Origin: Actinomyces sp.
Lineage (GTDB): Bacteria; Actinomycetota; Acidimicrobiia; Acidimicrobiales; Aldehydirespiratoraceae
Length of the DNA: 41,281 nucleotides
Assembly (NCBI GenBank): GCA_003697065.1
Contig: RFFY01000191.1
Coordinates: forward strand, 1 to 41,281
Direction of reading: 5' to 3'
Shown here: piece by piece, positions 39,463-41,281 of the stretch
Layout of the letters: each line of letters starts with the position of its first letter
Numbering within the stretch: position 1 is the first letter of the stretch
Program-made: the position numbers and the translations under genes
Notes under the pieces: generated by a model
Database searches by the model: none
What the model was told of the DNA's origin: nothing
Seen by the model: only the letters and a program-made list of their open reading frames with translations

Positions 39463-39713
39463 CAGCGTCCCCTTCGGATCCGACCGAACGGGGACGCCAG
39501 CCCCACACCACTGGTGGCGGTCCTGGGACGTCCTACCGGGACCGCCGAGGGCGACACCGATGGTAGCGGTCCCCAACCCGAAGATCGACCGACCCCCACC
39601 GCGACGGTCCTGGCCCCCGGGCCAGCGGCGAGCTCGACGGTCCCGGCCGGATGGCCGGCGGGTGTCGTCGCGTCCCTTCCCGTGACAGCCCATGGCGGCC
39701 GGTCCCGGCCCGC

Positions 39714-39735
39714 ACAGTAGAAAAAACAGTAGAAA
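39714..39735. repeat. Tandem ACAGTAGAAA direct repeats, probable integrase arm-type sites
   Basis: Copies at 39714-39723 and 39726-39735, ~70 bp inside the tRNA 3' end. Confidence 0.65.
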
Positions 39736-39755
39736 TCTGGGTGGCCGGGCATGGA

Positions 39756-39789
39756 AGAGGCCCTCCTCGATGTGTCGAAAAGGGCCTCT
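39756..39789 (-). terminator. Hairpin downstream of tRNA
   Basis: AGAGGCCCT...AGGGCCTCT inverted repeat with inner TCGA/TCGA. Confidence 0.5.
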
Positions 39790-39805
39790 GACCTGGGGTT
39801 TTAGT

Positions 39806-39882
<77 letters not shown>

Positions 39883-39967
39883 GCCCACGACGATAGCGGC
39901 CGCGCCCCCCGACGCCAACCGGGCCCGGGTTCGACACGGCGGGCCCGACCGGCGAGCATCGGGCGCC

Positions 39968-40387
39968 GTGACCGAGCCCGCCCTCACCCCCGACCTGGTC
40001 AACGCCACCATCGCCGAGTTGTGGGGCGCCACCCGCCACCGCTGCGTCGAGGTGTCCCCCACCCACGCCGTCGCCAGCGTCGAGATCGACCAGACCAACC
40101 TCCGCCCCGGCGGCTACGTGAGCGGCCCCACCCAGTTCGGCCTCGTCGACGCCGCCTTGTGGTACCTGACCTTCGGTGCCCTCGACCGGGTCGAACCCAT
40201 GGCACTCACCTCGGAGCTCTCCATCCGCTTCCTGCGTCCCGCCGTCGGCCGGGTCCTGTGGGCCCGGGCCGAGCTCGACAGGGCGGGGCGCACCGCCGTC
40301 GTCGGCACCGTGCGCTGCTGGATGGACGACGCCCACGACCGCCCCGTCTCCACCGCCCAGGGCACCTACACCCTGCCCCGCCCCTGA
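39968..40387 (+). CDS. PaaI-family thioesterase
   Basis: RPGGYVSGPTQFGLVD, ALTSELSIRFLRPA. Confidence 0.85.
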   Translation: MTEPALTPDLVNATIAELWGATRHRCVEVSPTHAVASVEIDQTNLRPGGYVSGPTQFGLVDAALWYLTFGALDRVEPMALTSELSIRFLRPAVGRVLWARAELDRAGRTAVVGTVRCWMDDAHDRPVSTAQGTYTLPRP

Positions 40388-40392
40388 CACGG

Positions 40393-40443
40393 CCGCCGGG
40401 GCACCCGCCCGAGTGTCGACCCGCCGGGGCACCCGCCCGAGTG
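40393..40443 (+). repeat. 23-bp direct repeat x2 (REP-like)
   Basis: CCGCCGGGGCACCCGCCCGAGTG at 40393-40415 and 40421-40443. Confidence 0.75.
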
Positions 40444-40510
40444 ACGGGGGTCCCTGATTTCGGTCCACGTTGTATGGGTCTGATTCCCGAAGGATGGGAG
40501 GATGACCGGG

Positions 40511-40789
40511 ATGAAGCGACGCCGGCACACGCCAGAGCAGGCGGTCCGCAAGGTCCGTGAAGGCGAGCGGATGCTCAACGCCGGCTCGGATCTGGCCGAA
40601 GTGCTGCGGGCCTTGGAGATCACCGAGTCGACCTGGAACCGATGGCGCAACCAATACGGCGGCATGAAAGCCAACGACGCCCGCCGGCTCAAGGAGCTCG
40701 AGGCTGAGAACGCCCGGTTGAAGAAGCTCCTCGCTGAAGCGGAGCTGGACAAGGCGATGCTCAAGGACCTCGCGGAGGGAAAATGGTGA
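40511..40789 (+). CDS. IS3 transposase OrfA
   Basis: MKRRRHTPEQ...WRNQYGG...LKELEAENARLKKL. Confidence 0.9.
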   Translation: MKRRRHTPEQAVRKVREGERMLNAGSDLAEVLRALEITESTWNRWRNQYGGMKANDARRLKELEAENARLKKLLAEAELDKAMLKDLAEGKW

Positions 40790-41281
40790 CCCCGGACCGT
40801 CGCCGGATCGCCGTGGGGCGGCTCCAGGATCGGTTCGGGGTGTCTGAACGGCGGGCGTGTCGTGTGGTGGGTCAGCACCGTTCGACCCAGCGACGACCGA
40901 AGGCCGAACCCGACGATGCCGAGACCGAGTTTCGGGAGTGGCTGCGTGACTTCGCTCGGGCTCATCCCCGGTGGGGGTGGCGCAAGGCCCACCACGTCGC
41001 CGCAGCCGATGGTCTGGCGACGAACCCCAAGCGGACTCGGCGGTTGTGGCGTGATGAGGGTCTGCAGCGGCCCCCTCAGCGGCGCTGCAAGCGACGCCGT
41101 CTGAGGGATGGCACCGCGGCCAGGTTGCGGGCCGAGTGCCCGAGCCATGTGTGGGCGCTGGACTTCCAGTTCGATGAGACCGCGCAGCGGCGTCGGTTGA
41201 AGCTGTTGAACGTGGTGGATGAGTTCACCAGGGAATGCCTGGCGATCGAGGTCGCCCATTCCATCGGCGCTGACCACGTCA
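40786..41281 (+). CDS. IS3 transposase OrfB (3' truncated)
   Basis: Manual translation: VSERRACRVVG, HPRWGWR, VWALDFQFD, NVVDEFTRE. Confidence 0.88.
   Translation, partial: MTPDRRRIAVGRLQDRFGVSERRACRVVGQHRSTQRRPKAEPDDAETEFREWLRDFARAHPRWGWRKAHHVAAADGLATNPKRTRRLWRDEGLQRPPQRRCKRRRLRDGTAARLRAECPSHVWALDFQFDETAQRRRLKLLNVVDEFTRECLAIEVAHSIGADHV

Larger units (their letters stand above)
1..39805. mobile_element. Integrative conjugative element (left end outside window)
   Basis: int/xis beside tRNA, MobF relaxase, coupling protein, T4SS genes. Confidence 0.9.
40442..41281 (+). mobile_element. IS3-family element (IS407-like), partial
   Basis: TG-starting left end, orfA/orfB in -1 relation with GGGAAAA at 40777-40783. 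Confidence 0.88.

Noticed and set aside
39463..39693. N-terminal extension of the integrase
   Set aside because: Low-complexity G/R-rich translation; canonical start MRGSVQK at 39462 has an SD-like AAGGGG

Overview
High-GC actinobacterial DNA (probably Acidimicrobiia-like; inference). Positions 1-~39805 are the right part of an integrative conjugative element (ICE) inserted at the 3' end of an initiator tRNA-Met gene (39806-39882, - strand). The ICE carries a tyrosine integrase, excisionase, MobF/TrwC relaxase-helicase with inserted HTH domains, a sigma-70/ECF-like protein, a Flp/Tad pilus operon ending in a LysM-BTAD gene, a Gram-positive T4SS module (pilin, VirB8-, VirB6-, SCO6880-, VirB4-like, peptidoglycan hydrolase, VirD4-like coupling protein), a primase, a RelE/HigA-type TA pair and two HEPN-motif proteins. 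Nested in it are an IS1380 and, at the left edge, a three-gene tyrosine-recombinase element that truncates a DNA methylase/helicase gene. Beyond the tRNA lie a PaaI thioesterase and a partial IS3. The strongest unexplained signal is a bipartite motif, GCGAAGTC-N14-GGC(C/T)TAC, found with fixed spacing in front of five transfer/excision transcription units, in three cases exactly 6 nt before the ATG; it suggests a private transfer regulon read by the ICE-encoded sigma-like factor. A second motif (ACCTCCCG at 12-bp period) links the sigma promoter, the putative oriT, the relaxase ORF and xis. Several lesions (virD4 amber, LysM-BTAD frameshift) suggest decay or assembly error. All calls are by eye from motifs; no searches were run.
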